Of a DNA stretch of 55,040 bases, positions 18,254 to 28,150 are shown one piece after another. The notes under the pieces are model-generated. The model searched no databases and was not told the origin of the DNA. It was given only the letters and a program-made list of their open reading frames with translations. Made by a program: the position numbers and the translations under genes. The first letter of the stretch is position 1. Each line of letters starts with the position of its first letter. Origin of the DNA: a virus (lineage: Duplodnaviria; Caudoviricetes); IMG/VR virus record IMGVR_UViG_3300030116_000815, positions 1 to 55,040 of that record. One strand, given 5' to 3'.

Positions 18254-18673
18254 ATGACAAATCAAAAAGCATTCGGGCAGTTCAGCCCATTCTCGGTAGG
18301 GTTTGATGAAATATTTAATACACTAAGTATGACATCTAAATTAAACTCTAAACCAAACTATCCACCATACAACATTGTAAAGTCAGGCGAAGATTATCGT
18401 ATTGAAATATCAATGGCAGGTTTCAAGGTCGAAGATATTGATGTTGAAGTCAAGGATAATACATTAACTATATCTGCTGAACAGACAGATGAAAAGAAAG
18501 GAGTAGAATATATCCATAAAGGTATATCTGAAAGAGACTTTTATAAATCATTTGCTCTTGCAGAGTATGTTGAAGTAAAAGATGCAGTAGTTTTGGATGG
18601 TATTTTGGTGATTTCTTTGGAAAAAAACATTCCAGAAGAAGAAAAGCCTAAAAAAATAGCAATAAAAAGCTAA
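18254..18673 (+). CDS. hsp20: Small heat-shock protein Hsp20 (IbpA-like)
   Basis: GFD, NYPPYNI, AGF, YIHKGIS.R.F...F.LAE, DGIL.I.L, PEEEKPKKI.I. Confidence 0.95.
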   Translation: MTNQKAFGQFSPFSVGFDEIFNTLSMTSKLNSKPNYPPYNIVKSGEDYRIEISMAGFKVEDIDVEVKDNTLTISAEQTDEKKGVEYIHKGISERDFYKSFALAEYVEVKDAVVLDGILVISLEKNIPEEEKPKKIAIKS

Positions 18674-18686
18674 ATCCCACCAGAGG

Positions 18687-18773
18687 CACGGAGAAGCTCT
18701 GTATTAAATAATCGTTCTTACGATACCTATCGCATTAGGTACTATCAGATAATGCAATACAGAGCATCCTGTG
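18687..18773. other. Multi-branched stem-loop between convergent operons (bidirectional terminator or small structured RNA)
   Basis: Perfect 10-bp inverted repeat GCTCTGTATT (18696) / AATACAGAGC (18756) encloses ATCG/CGAT and ACCTA/TAGGT hairpins. Confidence 0.5.
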
Positions 18774-18786
18774 AGGTCAATTTTCT

Positions 18787-19011
18787 TCATTCTCCCATTT
18801 TTCTAGCATTTAAGTGATTTTCTATGTCTTGGTGTATAGAATCTAGTTTTGTAGTGCCTTCTCGCATTACAACTTCTAATACAGCATAGTCTTCTGGTTT
18901 AAAATGTTCTTTTAATTTTGTAATGTCTGTTGTTATTCTTTCAGTAATTAACTTTCCAGACTTATCATACAAAAATTTATAGCCTAAGAGAGTGGCTTCT
19001 TTTCTTTTCAT
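18787..19011 (-). CDS. Hypothetical protein
   Basis: 74-aa ORF translationally coupled to nrdB (4-nt overlap). Confidence 0.6.
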   Translation of the reverse strand: MKRKEATLLGYKFLYDKSGKLITERITTDITKLKEHFKPEDYAVLEVVMREGTTKLDSIHQDIENHLNARKMGE

Positions 19012-19982
19012 TTCTCAAATCCTGTAAATGTAATATTATCTTGTCTTCCTCGTAGCCCTGCTTTCATATATGTAGTTGCTCGACCTTCAAAGAAGTTCTG
19101 ATGTTCTACTCCCATGACTTCATCTATCCAACCAAGAGGATTTTCTTTCTGGTCATAGTTAGTTTTAAGACCAAGTTGTAATAATCTTCTATCAGCTATG
19201 TATCTATTGTATGCATACATATCTTTTTTAGTTAGTCCTTGTAAGTCTCCCATCTCAAACACTAAGTCTAAGAACTTATCTTCAAGTGTTACCATCTCTC
19301 TACAGATTTCATATATTTCTTTCTTGAAATCATCTGTCCATATATCTATGTTTTCTTTTATAAATTCTCTAAATAGTTTAGTCATTGCTTCTACATGCAT
19401 TGATTCATCACGAATAGAATATGTTACTATCTGACCCATGCCTTTCATCTTGCCGAATCTTGGGAAGTTTAACAAGATTGCAAAGCTACTAAATAATTGT
19501 AGTCCTTCTGTAAAAGCAGAATAAACAGCAAGAGTTTTTGCTATTGTTCTTTTATCAGACTTAGTAGGTTTAAAGTTTGAAACATAGTCATGTTTATCTG
19601 CCATCTCTTCGTAGTCAGCAAAAGCTTTATACTCTATGTCAGGCATACCTACAGTATCAAGTAGTAAACTGTATGCATGTTGATGTATTGATTCCATGTT
19701 GGCAAAAGATGACATCATCATTCTTGCTTCTGGTTTTGTAAAAGTACGCATGTACTTATCTATATATCCACTAGCTACATCTACATCTGATTGTGTAAAC
19801 AATCTAAATATCTGTGTTAGTAAATTCTTTTCTGTGTCATTTAAGTCTTGCCAGTCTTTGACATCTGTATGTAAAGGTACAGATTCGGGCATCCAATGCA
19901 TTTGATTTTGTAATACATAATAATCAAACATCCATGGGTACTCAAAAGGTTTGTAATAATCTCTGTTACCTAGTAAACTCAT
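19008..19982 (-). CDS. nrdB: Ribonucleotide reductase class I beta subunit
   Basis: YYKPFEYPW, HWMPESV, di-metal ligands ESIH and DESMH, radical Tyr in HQHAY, EGLQLFSSF, HQNFFE. Confidence 0.96.
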   Translation of the reverse strand: MSLLGNRDYYKPFEYPWMFDYYVLQNQMHWMPESVPLHTDVKDWQDLNDTEKNLLTQIFRLFTQSDVDVASGYIDKYMRTFTKPEARMMMSSFANMESIHQHAYSLLLDTVGMPDIEYKAFADYEEMADKHDYVSNFKPTKSDKRTIAKTLAVYSAFTEGLQLFSSFAILLNFPRFGKMKGMGQIVTYSIRDESMHVEAMTKLFREFIKENIDIWTDDFKKEIYEICREMVTLEDKFLDLVFEMGDLQGLTKKDMYAYNRYIADRRLLQLGLKTNYDQKENPLGWIDEVMGVEHQNFFEGRATTYMKAGLRGRQDNITFTGFEK

Positions 19983-20181
19983 CGAAATTCTCCTTTAATG
20001 TTTTAAGTTTATCTTCTGCAGTAGCTAACTTATCTATTTCAATGTCCATTGTTTCAATAATGTTAGGATGTTCAGCAACACCAACACTACTTTTAAAATA
20101 GTTTAATAAATTAGTTTCAGCTTCTGCTCTCTCTGCTTCATACTTCAAGCGTAAAGCATTATATATTTTTTGTTTTATCAT
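19966..20181 (-). CDS. Small conserved phage hypothetical protein
   Basis: 71 aa, VGVAEHP motif, between nrdA and nrdB. Confidence 0.65.
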   Translation of the reverse strand: MIKQKIYNALRLKYEAERAEAETNLLNYFKSSVGVAEHPNIIETMDIEIDKLATAEDKLKTLKENFDEFTR

Positions 20182-20183
20182 AA

Positions 20184-22079
20184 TTATCCCTCACAGGCTA
20201 CACATTCCACATCATCCAACTTGATTCTTGGAACTTTAATATTAACATTCTCTACACTTCTAGCTGCGTTGGACCTAAAATAGTATAGTGATTTTAATTT
20301 ATTCATACCATACCAATGAACATCATTTACATACTGCATATAGTCATCGTGTATGTCTTGTTGTTCTGTTGCTTTTGGTAAAGTAAAAAAGAGATTTACA
20401 GATTGTGCTTGACAAACATACTGTTGTCTTTGATACGCATGTTCAACAACCCATATCTGATTTATCTCATTTGCTGTTTTAAATATTTCTTTTTCATCAT
20501 CAGTAAGAATATCTAAATGTTGTACCGAGCCATCCTTTCCAGATATATCTTTCCAAAGCTCATCTAATTCTTTATCTTTTAGTCCTTTGTCTTTAAAAAT
20601 CTTTTCAAGGAATTTGTTTTTAACTTGATAACTACCTGATAAAGTTTTGTGAGTATATGCATTGGCACGATAAGGCTCAATAGAAGGACTAGTACCGGAA
20701 CAGATAATACCAGAACTAGCGTTAGGAGCAATAGCAAGAAGATTAGCATTGCGAATGTCATCACTAAGTAAATCAGGGCATCCACCACGCATTTCAGCCA
20801 ATCTTTTAGAAGCTTGAACAGCTTTGTTCTTAATGTGTTTAAATGCTTGATGATTGAAGCTGGTTGCCAGAACTCCCTCGAAAGGAATATTTTTAGACTG
20901 GAGGTAAGCATGGAAACCCATCGCACCCAAACCCAACGACCTTTCTCTATAAGCCGAATAAGCCGACTTGGCAAACCCTTCTTTACCTTCTCTAATATAT
21001 TTTGTAAACCTTTTAAAATTCGCACTATATCCTCCTAACTGTGATGTGTCTACTGCATTTTCTATGTAATGCTCTATTACATTATCTAACATTGTAATTA
21101 AATCTTCTATAAAATAATTATCACTAACCCATGTGTCAAACTTTTCTAAGTTTACAGAAGATAGACAACATACTGCAGTCCTCTCTTCATTTGTTGGTAG
21201 TGTAATCTCTGAACATAAATTACTTTGTCTTATTTGTAATCCTAATTTTTGTTGTTGTTCAGGTAAAGCATCATTACATGTATCAATATTAACCATGTAT
21301 GGCTCTCCTGTTTCTGCTCTAGCATTTATAATTTGAAACCATAAGTCTCTAGCATTTATAACTTTGACTGCCTCATTTGTTTTAGGGTCAATTAATCTCC
21401 AATCTTCATCATTCTTTACTGCATCTAAGAATGCATTAGTTATATTAATTCCATTATGTAAGTTCAAACATTTTCTATTTATATCTCCACCAGATTCTTT
21501 ACGCATATTTATAAACTCTTCTATCTCTGGATGACTAACATCTAAGTATGCTGCATAACTTCCTCTTCTTGTAGTGCCTTGATTAAAGGCTAACATCTGT
21601 GAATCTACTACATGCATGAAAGGAATTGAACCAGTAGAACGACTGCCATGAGTAGTAGGTATACCATTACTCCTAACATCTCCCCAAAATCCACCAATGC
21701 CTCCACCTGAACTTGCCAACCAAATGTTTTCATCATAGTGAGCAGATAAACCACTCCTGCTGTCAGGTACATAATTAAGGAAGCAACTAATAGGTAACCC
21801 ACGAGTAGTTCCCCCGTTACTAAGTATAGGAGTGCTAAACATGAACCACCTATCGGAACTGTAATTATAAAGTCTTTGAGCCAATTCATAATCTGTCTCG
21901 CCTTTGTAAGTGGCTGCGAAGACCGAGGCTCTTGCGAACGCTTCTTGTGCATGTGTTTCTCCTTCCCAAAAGTATCTATCTCTTAGTGTATCTAAACTAA
22001 ATTTATCAAAGTGTTTTTCTTTGTCATAGTCTATTTCAATTCCCAAGTAAGGCTTGGTTCCTATTTTATCATCAACCAT
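20184..22079 (-). CDS. nrdA: Ribonucleotide reductase class I alpha subunit (no ATP cone)
   Basis: STPILSN, ISCFL, QGTTRRG, SNLCSEI, CCLSS, APNASS, LYY and C-terminal CVACEG. Confidence 0.96.
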   Translation of the reverse strand: MVDDKIGTKPYLGIEIDYDKEKHFDKFSLDTLRDRYFWEGETHAQEAFARASVFAATYKGETDYELAQRLYNYSSDRWFMFSTPILSNGGTTRGLPISCFLNYVPDSRSGLSAHYDENIWLASSGGGIGGFWGDVRSNGIPTTHGSRSTGSIPFMHVVDSQMLAFNQGTTRRGSYAAYLDVSHPEIEEFINMRKESGGDINRKCLNLHNGINITNAFLDAVKNDEDWRLIDPKTNEAVKVINARDLWFQIINARAETGEPYMVNIDTCNDALPEQQQKLGLQIRQSNLCSEITLPTNEERTAVCCLSSVNLEKFDTWVSDNYFIEDLITMLDNVIEHYIENAVDTSQLGGYSANFKRFTKYIREGKEGFAKSAYSAYRERSLGLGAMGFHAYLQSKNIPFEGVLATSFNHQAFKHIKNKAVQASKRLAEMRGGCPDLLSDDIRNANLLAIAPNASSGIICSGTSPSIEPYRANAYTHKTLSGSYQVKNKFLEKIFKDKGLKDKELDELWKDISGKDGSVQHLDILTDDEKEIFKTANEINQIWVVEHAYQRQQYVCQAQSVNLFFTLPKATEQQDIHDDYMQYVNDVHWYGMNKLKSLYYFRSNAARSVENVNIKVPRIKLDDVECVACEG

Positions 22080-22329
22080 TTTCTTCCTCTATATGTAAAG
22101 CTATTATAGCATAATGTATTATCTTTAATAACTCTAATCTTTTATTATCTTTCTTTCCATATCTCATTGCATACTTCATAATGTTACCAATACAAAATCC
22201 TTCTCCATATCCTGCATCTATAATCATATCTGTAGCTTGATACTTACCTTCGGCATAATGCTTTTTGTAAGTCTCATGTATATAATCATCTATCTCTTCT
22301 AGTATTCTACTCTCACTAAACTTTCTCAT
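22072..22329 (-). CDS. DUF3310-like protein
   Basis: HY....QA.D.I, GFCIGNIMKY..RYGKK, ELLKIIHY. Confidence 0.75.
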   Translation of the reverse strand: MRKFSESRILEEIDDYIHETYKKHYAEGKYQATDMIIDAGYGEGFCIGNIMKYAMRYGKKDNKRLELLKIIHYAIIALHIEEENG

Positions 22330-22907
22330 TTAAACTTACTCCCTTCAAACCATGCAACCAAACTTCTTCTAGTTCCAGAAGTTACAGGCGTAACTCTGTG
22401 TGTAGAAAAAGATGGGAACACTAATATACTACCCTGTTTTCTAGCATTATCAGGAGTTGAACTATGCTGAAATTCAAAGTCTCCACCTGTATAATCATCA
22501 GACTCTGAAAGTTGTAGTGTTAAACTTAACTTTCTATGAAAAGCATTATCTGTATCTAGAAATGTATCTATATGCCAGTTATAAAAATCTCCGTTATTTT
22601 CATCTCCATGATAAACAGTATACTGAATTGAATCTAAATACTTTACATCAAAATCATAAGACAATCTATTGGCTGCATTAATAGAGTTCCAAAATCTAGG
22701 AGCAATAAAGTTCCAAAGAGGCATATGGTCTGGGTTTGCTGTAGTTATAAAAGCAACATTCCCTTTCCTATGTTTTGTAACTCTTTGTTCTGAACCTTCT
22801 CCTGTTGTAGCATCCGTTATATTTAACAACTTTTCACATTCAGTTACTATATGATTACAGTCTTCTTTTGAAAACCAATCTTGAAATAACATACAATTTT
22901 CCATCAC
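22326..22907 (-). CDS. 2OG-Fe(II) oxygenase (prolyl-4-hydroxylase-like)
   Basis: YNWHID (HxD), RKLS, YTGGDF, VFPS...HRVTPV..G.R.SLVAW. Confidence 0.9.
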   Translation of the reverse strand: MMENCMLFQDWFSKEDCNHIVTECEKLLNITDATTGEGSEQRVTKHRKGNVAFITTANPDHMPLWNFIAPRFWNSINAANRLSYDFDVKYLDSIQYTVYHGDENNGDFYNWHIDTFLDTDNAFHRKLSLTLQLSESDDYTGGDFEFQHSSTPDNARKQGSILVFPSFSTHRVTPVTSGTRRSLVAWFEGSKFK

Positions 22908-23698
22908 TTATTCTCCCATTCATAATTTTTAACTAACTGCCAATATCTTAATATACTATTAAACATTTCTTTGTGTTTCTCATGAGATTCTTCCTCCCAT
23001 ATGTGGCATAAAACTAAACTTGTATCTGCTCTATCTACAAAGATAGAAACTCTGGTAGGATTATCTATGTCGCAACCTTGTGCATACGCAGACAACTGCA
23101 TACCATGTTCATCATATACTAATTTAGCAGGGTCTTTACCAAATAGATTGTCTTTCGTTTTAAAGTCCACAAAAATACCGGACTTAGAATACAAGTCTAT
23201 CTTACCACCATAACCCTGTCGTGCACAGAAAGAATCTTCTGCTATCCATTCTTCATCAGGAAAGTTTTCATCAAGCCAAGCTTTAATAATTTTGTAAGGT
23301 TTAGTTTTAGCCTTACCTAAAAATCCTTTTTCTATTTGAGCATGGATTTTAGTTCCTTCTTCTGCTGCTTTTAAACCTATATTCTTAGCATCGGCTTTGC
23401 ACCTATAAACATAAGAATCTAAAGATTCCTCATCGCCAATACCTACAGTAACTGCAGATTTAATAGCTTGTGTAATCTTCCAATTTTCTAAAGCAGGTTT
23501 AGCAATCATACCTATAATGGTAGTTACTGATGGAACTAAACCTAAAGACTTGGCATCTCTCAATGTGGTATTTCTTTCTTTACCATTAGCACCTATGATT
23601 GTATACATAGGTCCACCATCTTGGTCATACCAATGTCCTGATTCGGATGTAAATTTATTATAGTTATCTAATTTACTTTTGTCAATCTTTTTCTTCAT
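22904..23698 (-). CDS. PD-(D/E)XK exonuclease
   Basis: PSVTTI, GTKIH, YGGKIDL, VDFKT, QLSAY. Confidence 0.8.
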   Translation of the reverse strand: MKKKIDKSKLDNYNKFTSESGHWYDQDGGPMYTIIGANGKERNTTLRDAKSLGLVPSVTTIIGMIAKPALENWKITQAIKSAVTVGIGDEESLDSYVYRCKADAKNIGLKAAEEGTKIHAQIEKGFLGKAKTKPYKIIKAWLDENFPDEEWIAEDSFCARQGYGGKIDLYSKSGIFVDFKTKDNLFGKDPAKLVYDEHGMQLSAYAQGCDIDNPTRVSIFVDRADTSLVLCHIWEEESHEKHKEMFNSILRYWQLVKNYEWENK

Positions 23699-24104
23699 CT
23701 TTTAAACCTTTAAATGTTTTAAATACATCTGTGGTAAATAATTTTTGTATACTTACTAACCACATTTTACTTGCATTATGGTCTCCACCACTTACAGATT
23801 TTTTGAAATCTAATTTTTCAATTAACTGTTTTAGTTTTGGAACTTCAAATACAAGTGTGCAGAATATATGGTCATCAATACAAAGGTTATGGAACCAGTA
23901 GTCTGCTTCTGTTACTGCAATACCTGATGGCTTTCCATATGATTCATATTCAATACATATATTACCTGTCTTCATCCACATACCTCTTTCGGATTTAACT
24001 TCAATCCTTTTATTAGTAAGCATGTTGGCTACCTTTTCTTCTCTAATCTGACCATATTGTAAATCAAGGTCAAACTTTTTTCTATCTTTCTTAGTGGGTT
24101 TCAC
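23682..24104 (-). CDS. Putative restriction-endonuclease-fold protein
   Basis: IEVKSE...TGNICIE motif, ADYW; located in the replication module. Confidence 0.55.
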   Translation of the reverse strand: MKPTKKDRKKFDLDLQYGQIREEKVANMLTNKRIEVKSERGMWMKTGNICIEYESYGKPSGIAVTEADYWFHNLCIDDHIFCTLVFEVPKLKQLIEKLDFKKSVSGGDHNASKMWLVSIQKLFTTDVFKTFKGLKDEEKD

Positions 24105-25812
24105 TCCAGTTTCCTCCTATTTTATATTCTCCATCTAGTTCGCAACGCATTTTAAAAGTCTGTCCTGCTTTTCTAATTGCATCGCATCCCATTCTTCCAA
24201 CAAAATCTGCCTGAGATTCTTTTACTTGTAACTGCCATTCATCATGTATGTTGGCAACAAACTTAGCATCTAAGGTATTTAGTCTTATCATCTCATCTAA
24301 GTATATCATAGCTTGTTTCATTACGATAGCACCACTTCCTTGTAATAAAGTATTCAAGGCAGCATGTGGGCTACGCACATATATCTTTCTTCTATCTATA
24401 CCTAAAAGAAATCCTCTTTGAGATGCTTGTTGGACTTGGTCTCTTAGTTTCTTGAGAGCAGGTAAGTTTCTAAAGAATCTTTGTTTTAATTGTTTACCTT
24501 TCTTTATATCTCCCTTTGCAATCTTTCCTATCTTCGCATCTCCTGCACCATAAACTAAAGCATATATAAATGTCTTAGCTTGGTCTCTTGTTTTTAATCC
24601 TGCTAGTTCTTGATTAGTTGTATGTATGTCTCCATGTAAAACTTCATTAATATAATTATCATCTTTCATATAGTGAGCCAACATCCTTAGTTCTAATCCA
24701 CTAGCATCTATACCTACAAGTTTATATCCTTCTGGCACAGTCCAACAAGCTCTACATTCTTTACCGAATGGGCTATGTATATTAGGAACTTGTGCCATGT
24801 TAGGATTTCTATGGGTCATTCTCCCTGTGATAGTTCCATTTGGTATAACCTTACCATGAACTCTATCATCTTTTAATTCATCAATCCATGATGATATTTG
24901 TGCAATTCGTTTTTGATATAACAAGTAGTTAGCAATTAATTTAGCCTCCTCTATATGTTCAATCTTTTTAAGAGTGCCTTCATCTACAATAGGTTGACCT
25001 GTAGGTGTAAACCTTTCTGGTTTCCAACCAAAGTCTATAAGATATTCTCCTATTTGTTTCCGACTTCCTAGATTAAACTCAACTAATTTTTTACGCATGA
25101 ATGGCTCATAGTTCTTTTGTGTCATACAAGTGTCATACTCCTCATCAGTAAGACCTCGTTTACTTAACTGTCCATCCTTACGAACATAAGGTGTAACTAT
25201 TTTATCATCTACTAACTTAGGTTTAAATGTAGTTTGTACTGCTAGTTCAGTCTGTGATTTTTTATCCTGTAAGTCTGCAAGTAATTCCATTGCTTTCCTA
25301 CTATCAAAATAAAACCCAGACTTCTCTTGCTGATTTATAATCTTAGCAACTCTATGTTCTAGTTCTAGACTTTGCTCACTAAAACCTTTGCCTTCATTTA
25401 ATAAATGCTCATACACTTTTTCATTTAAACATACATCTCCTACACAATACTCTAACATTTCTGGAGAGTATGTTGTAAACTCTGGTTGTTCTTTCTTATA
25501 CATGTTTACTCTAAATCCCCAAGTCTTGAGACTATGTCCATTTTCTCTGACTGGATTATAAAGTCTTGACATGACAAGTGTATCAATGACTTGACCAGTA
25601 AATTTAAAATCATATAGTTTTTCTAATACTGGTAAATCAAAACCAATTATATTATGACCTATCAAGGCATCAGCAGTAGATAATAAATCTAATCCATCTT
25701 GTATTTGATTATGACCAAACTTATGTATCTTACCATTAAGTTCTTTTGCAACTAAGCACCATACTTTTGTTGCATTTAAGTCATCTGTTTCTATATCAAA
25801 AATCATCTTCAT
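24091..25812 (-). CDS. polA: DNA polymerase family A (T7-like, with 3'-5' exonuclease)
   Basis: FDIET, GHNIIGFD, TGRMTH, DASGLELR, RDQAKTFIYALVYG, LNTLLQG, IHDE. Confidence 0.96.
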   Translation of the reverse strand: MKMIFDIETDDLNATKVWCLVAKELNGKIHKFGHNQIQDGLDLLSTADALIGHNIIGFDLPVLEKLYDFKFTGQVIDTLVMSRLYNPVRENGHSLKTWGFRVNMYKKEQPEFTTYSPEMLEYCVGDVCLNEKVYEHLLNEGKGFSEQSLELEHRVAKIINQQEKSGFYFDSRKAMELLADLQDKKSQTELAVQTTFKPKLVDDKIVTPYVRKDGQLSKRGLTDEEYDTCMTQKNYEPFMRKKLVEFNLGSRKQIGEYLIDFGWKPERFTPTGQPIVDEGTLKKIEHIEEAKLIANYLLYQKRIAQISSWIDELKDDRVHGKVIPNGTITGRMTHRNPNMAQVPNIHSPFGKECRACWTVPEGYKLVGIDASGLELRMLAHYMKDDNYINEVLHGDIHTTNQELAGLKTRDQAKTFIYALVYGAGDAKIGKIAKGDIKKGKQLKQRFFRNLPALKKLRDQVQQASQRGFLLGIDRRKIYVRSPHAALNTLLQGSGAIVMKQAMIYLDEMIRLNTLDAKFVANIHDEWQLQVKESQADFVGRMGCDAIRKAGQTFKMRCELDGEYKIGGNWSETH

Positions 25813-27460
25813 TATAGAATGTTTCCTCCTCCGATAGTTCGTGTAGTCTACCTGTTTCTATATCATATTTCAAACTACATGCCAGTCCTGTGTCTCCTGT
25901 ATATCTTGACTTCAAGACTCTGACTTTAGTTATGTTTGCTTCTTCTTTATCTTCTGCTTGTTGATTTCTTTCTAATGCTATCACACAATCAGATAACTGT
26001 GCAATACCTTGCGACCCTTTGAGATGTGATAGTGATACTTCTATACCTTTTTCATGACCTCTATCTCCTGATGCTCTACGCAAGTGTGATACTAATATCA
26101 TTCCCACACCTGTTTCTTCAACAAGACTACGAAGTCTATTCATAAGCATATCAATACCTCTCCTCTCATCTCCTTCTGTCAACACATTTACAAGCATATG
26201 TAAGTGGTCAACCACTACCCAATCACACTCGCAACCTACAATAATATATCTAAGTTTAGAAAATATCTCATCTATATCTGTAGCACCTAAGTGTGCATGA
26301 ATAAATACTCTACCTTTTTCTATTGCCTTATCAAACAAAGCATTCAATTCTTCTTCTGAATAATTATTTCTTTTCTCTGATAAATATATTCTATCATTTG
26401 CTTCGATAGATACAATACCATCAGCAGTTCTCAACCAGTTTTCTTCTAGTGCTACGATACCTACATTATCTTTTGTATTCTTTATAAGATGATGTTCAAG
26501 TTCTCTAGTAACACTAGACTTACCTAGTCCTGTTCCACCTGTAAGAGTTACTAACTCTCCTTTACGCATACCATATAGTTTTTTATTCAAACCTTCCCAA
26601 GGATATGCAATACTTTCTTTTACTTCTCTATGCATCCATTCATCTTTCTTACTAGATAATTCTAAGATACCAGATGGTGTATAAGTTTTAGCCTCCCACC
26701 ATGCAGTAGTAAACTCCTTAAACTTTTTCTTGACAAGCATTTCGTTTGCATCTTTATATCCATTCGGAAGATTTACAATCTTTGCTTTTCCCGGTTTTAG
26801 AATACGGGCAACCTCCAAGGCTGACTGTCTACCTGCTTTATCATTATCAAAACATATCACAACATTATCAAATGATTCAACAAACTCAATACTCTCTCGT
26901 ATATCTCTTACTGCAGAAGATGCACCTCGTTTAATAGATACAACTGCCCATTTGTCTTGGAACAATTCATTGACTGCCATTGCATCACACTCTCCCTCAA
27001 CGATAGTGAGATACTTACCACCTGTATTTCTATACAACTGCTCTCCGAACAATCCTGTTCCCTGAAATGTGCCATTACATGCAAAGTTTTTGTTGTCTAC
27101 ATATCTTGTTTTAGTTCCAACAATCTCACTCCCATTGTAATACGGATAGATATGTTGTTTAACATTACCATTATTATCTTTTATAACTTTAACTCCAAAC
27201 TTTCTAGCAGTATTTTCTGTTATACCTCTATCAGATATAGAAGAATATACTCCTGTGTAAGAGTTTAAGAAAGATGTTTCAGGTTGTTTCATGGGTACAA
27301 TATTATTGTCATTTGTACTCACAGTATCTGCATCATCATAGTCTGGAAAAAATGTATCGCAACTAAAACATTTTGCAGAGCCATTATTATTAAGTGAAAC
27401 AGCATCACTACTACCACACTTAGGGCATGGTAATTTATGTTTAACAAACTTTGTGTTCAT
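25796..27460 (-). CDS. Primase/helicase (T7 gp4-like)
   Basis: Zn ribbon CPKC..CFSC; TOPRIM EGECD and FDND; Walker A GGTGLGKS; VDHL, LVSHL, LKGS, KSRYTG. Confidence 0.95.
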   Translation of the reverse strand: MNTKFVKHKLPCPKCGSSDAVSLNNNGSAKCFSCDTFFPDYDDADTVSTNDNNIVPMKQPETSFLNSYTGVYSSISDRGITENTARKFGVKVIKDNNGNVKQHIYPYYNGSEIVGTKTRYVDNKNFACNGTFQGTGLFGEQLYRNTGGKYLTIVEGECDAMAVNELFQDKWAVVSIKRGASSAVRDIRESIEFVESFDNVVICFDNDKAGRQSALEVARILKPGKAKIVNLPNGYKDANEMLVKKKFKEFTTAWWEAKTYTPSGILELSSKKDEWMHREVKESIAYPWEGLNKKLYGMRKGELVTLTGGTGLGKSSVTRELEHHLIKNTKDNVGIVALEENWLRTADGIVSIEANDRIYLSEKRNNYSEEELNALFDKAIEKGRVFIHAHLGATDIDEIFSKLRYIIVGCECDWVVVDHLHMLVNVLTEGDERRGIDMLMNRLRSLVEETGVGMILVSHLRRASGDRGHEKGIEVSLSHLKGSQGIAQLSDCVIALERNQQAEDKEEANITKVRVLKSRYTGDTGLACSLKYDIETGRLHELSEEETFYNEDDF

Positions 27461-27470
27461 TCTATCTCCT

Positions 27471-27504
27471 AAAAAAGTGAGGCATACATTTCTGCATACC
27501 TCAT
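27471..27504 (-). terminator. Intrinsic terminator between the ssb unit and primase/helicase
   Basis: On the - strand: 11-bp stem with GAAA loop followed by U6. Confidence 0.75.
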
Positions 27505-27509
27505 TATAA

Positions 27510-27734
27510 TTAAGACTCTATTAAAGCCTCATCCACTAGATGTTCTTTCATCTGATTATTGAAAGTCTGGGATGCAGCACTTAATACTGCAATCCTTTTC
27601 TTCAATGTTCTTATCTCTTGCTCTACTTCAAGTATAACATAGTAAGAACTTTGTGCCTCTTGGCTTAGTTTAAGAACATCATATTTATTACCTTCTAGTT
27701 CGTAGGTAATATTTGGTGTAGTATCATCAGCCAT
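27510..27734 (-). CDS. Hypothetical protein
   Basis: 74-aa ORF directly after ssb. Confidence 0.6.
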   Translation of the reverse strand: MADDTTPNITYELEGNKYDVLKLSQEAQSSYYVILEVEQEIRTLKKRIAVLSAASQTFNNQMKEHLVDEALIES

Positions 27735-27736
27735 GA

Positions 27737-28150
27737 TTAAAACTCCTCGCCTTCATCAAAAAACTCGGAGCCATCTTCGGCTTTATACTCAATCAAGTCT
27801 ATGATTTGGACAGCCTGTAGGTCAAGGCTCTTGCCTGTATTACCTGCATACTCCCATTCATATTCATTGCATTGAACTCTAACCTTAGAGCCATTGCCAA
27901 CAGCAAGATTAACTTCCTGTTTGTTTTGGTCAAGCAATCTAGGTGCATTCCTAATCATTCCATTAGGACCATTTACCTTACGCTTGATTACTAAAGCAGG
28001 ACCTTCATCCATTTGCTTTATTTTATGACCTCGACTTACAAAGTCATCAGCCACATCCTGTTCAACAACCAAGTTGACTGTATAAACAGGTTCAAAAGTA
28101 GTATTGGGTGTCTTAATACTTGCCCAATACGCAGTTCCATCTACTATCAT
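27737..28150 (-). CDS. Single-stranded DNA-binding protein (gp2.5-like)
   Basis: GTAYWA, VGNGSKV, LQAVQIIDLIEY, acidic tail ending in Phe; GAGGAGG SD. Confidence 0.85.
   Translation of the reverse strand: MIVDGTAYWASIKTPNTTFEPVYTVNLVVEQDVADDFVSRGHKIKQMDEGPALVIKRKVNGPNGMIRNAPRLLDQNKQEVNLAVGNGSKVRVQCNEYEWEYAGNTGKSLDLQAVQIIDLIEYKAEDGSEFFDEGEEF

Noticed and set aside
18696-18765. Cloverleaf-like fold as a possible tRNA
   Set aside because: No T-loop or D-loop consensus, no 7-nt anticodon loop, no CCA; kept only as a generic structure.
20579-21952. Alternative-frame ORFs inside nrdA (148 aa, 114 aa) as an intron-encoded or nested gene
   Set aside because: nrdA is continuous with all motifs; no homing-endonuclease or intein signatures.
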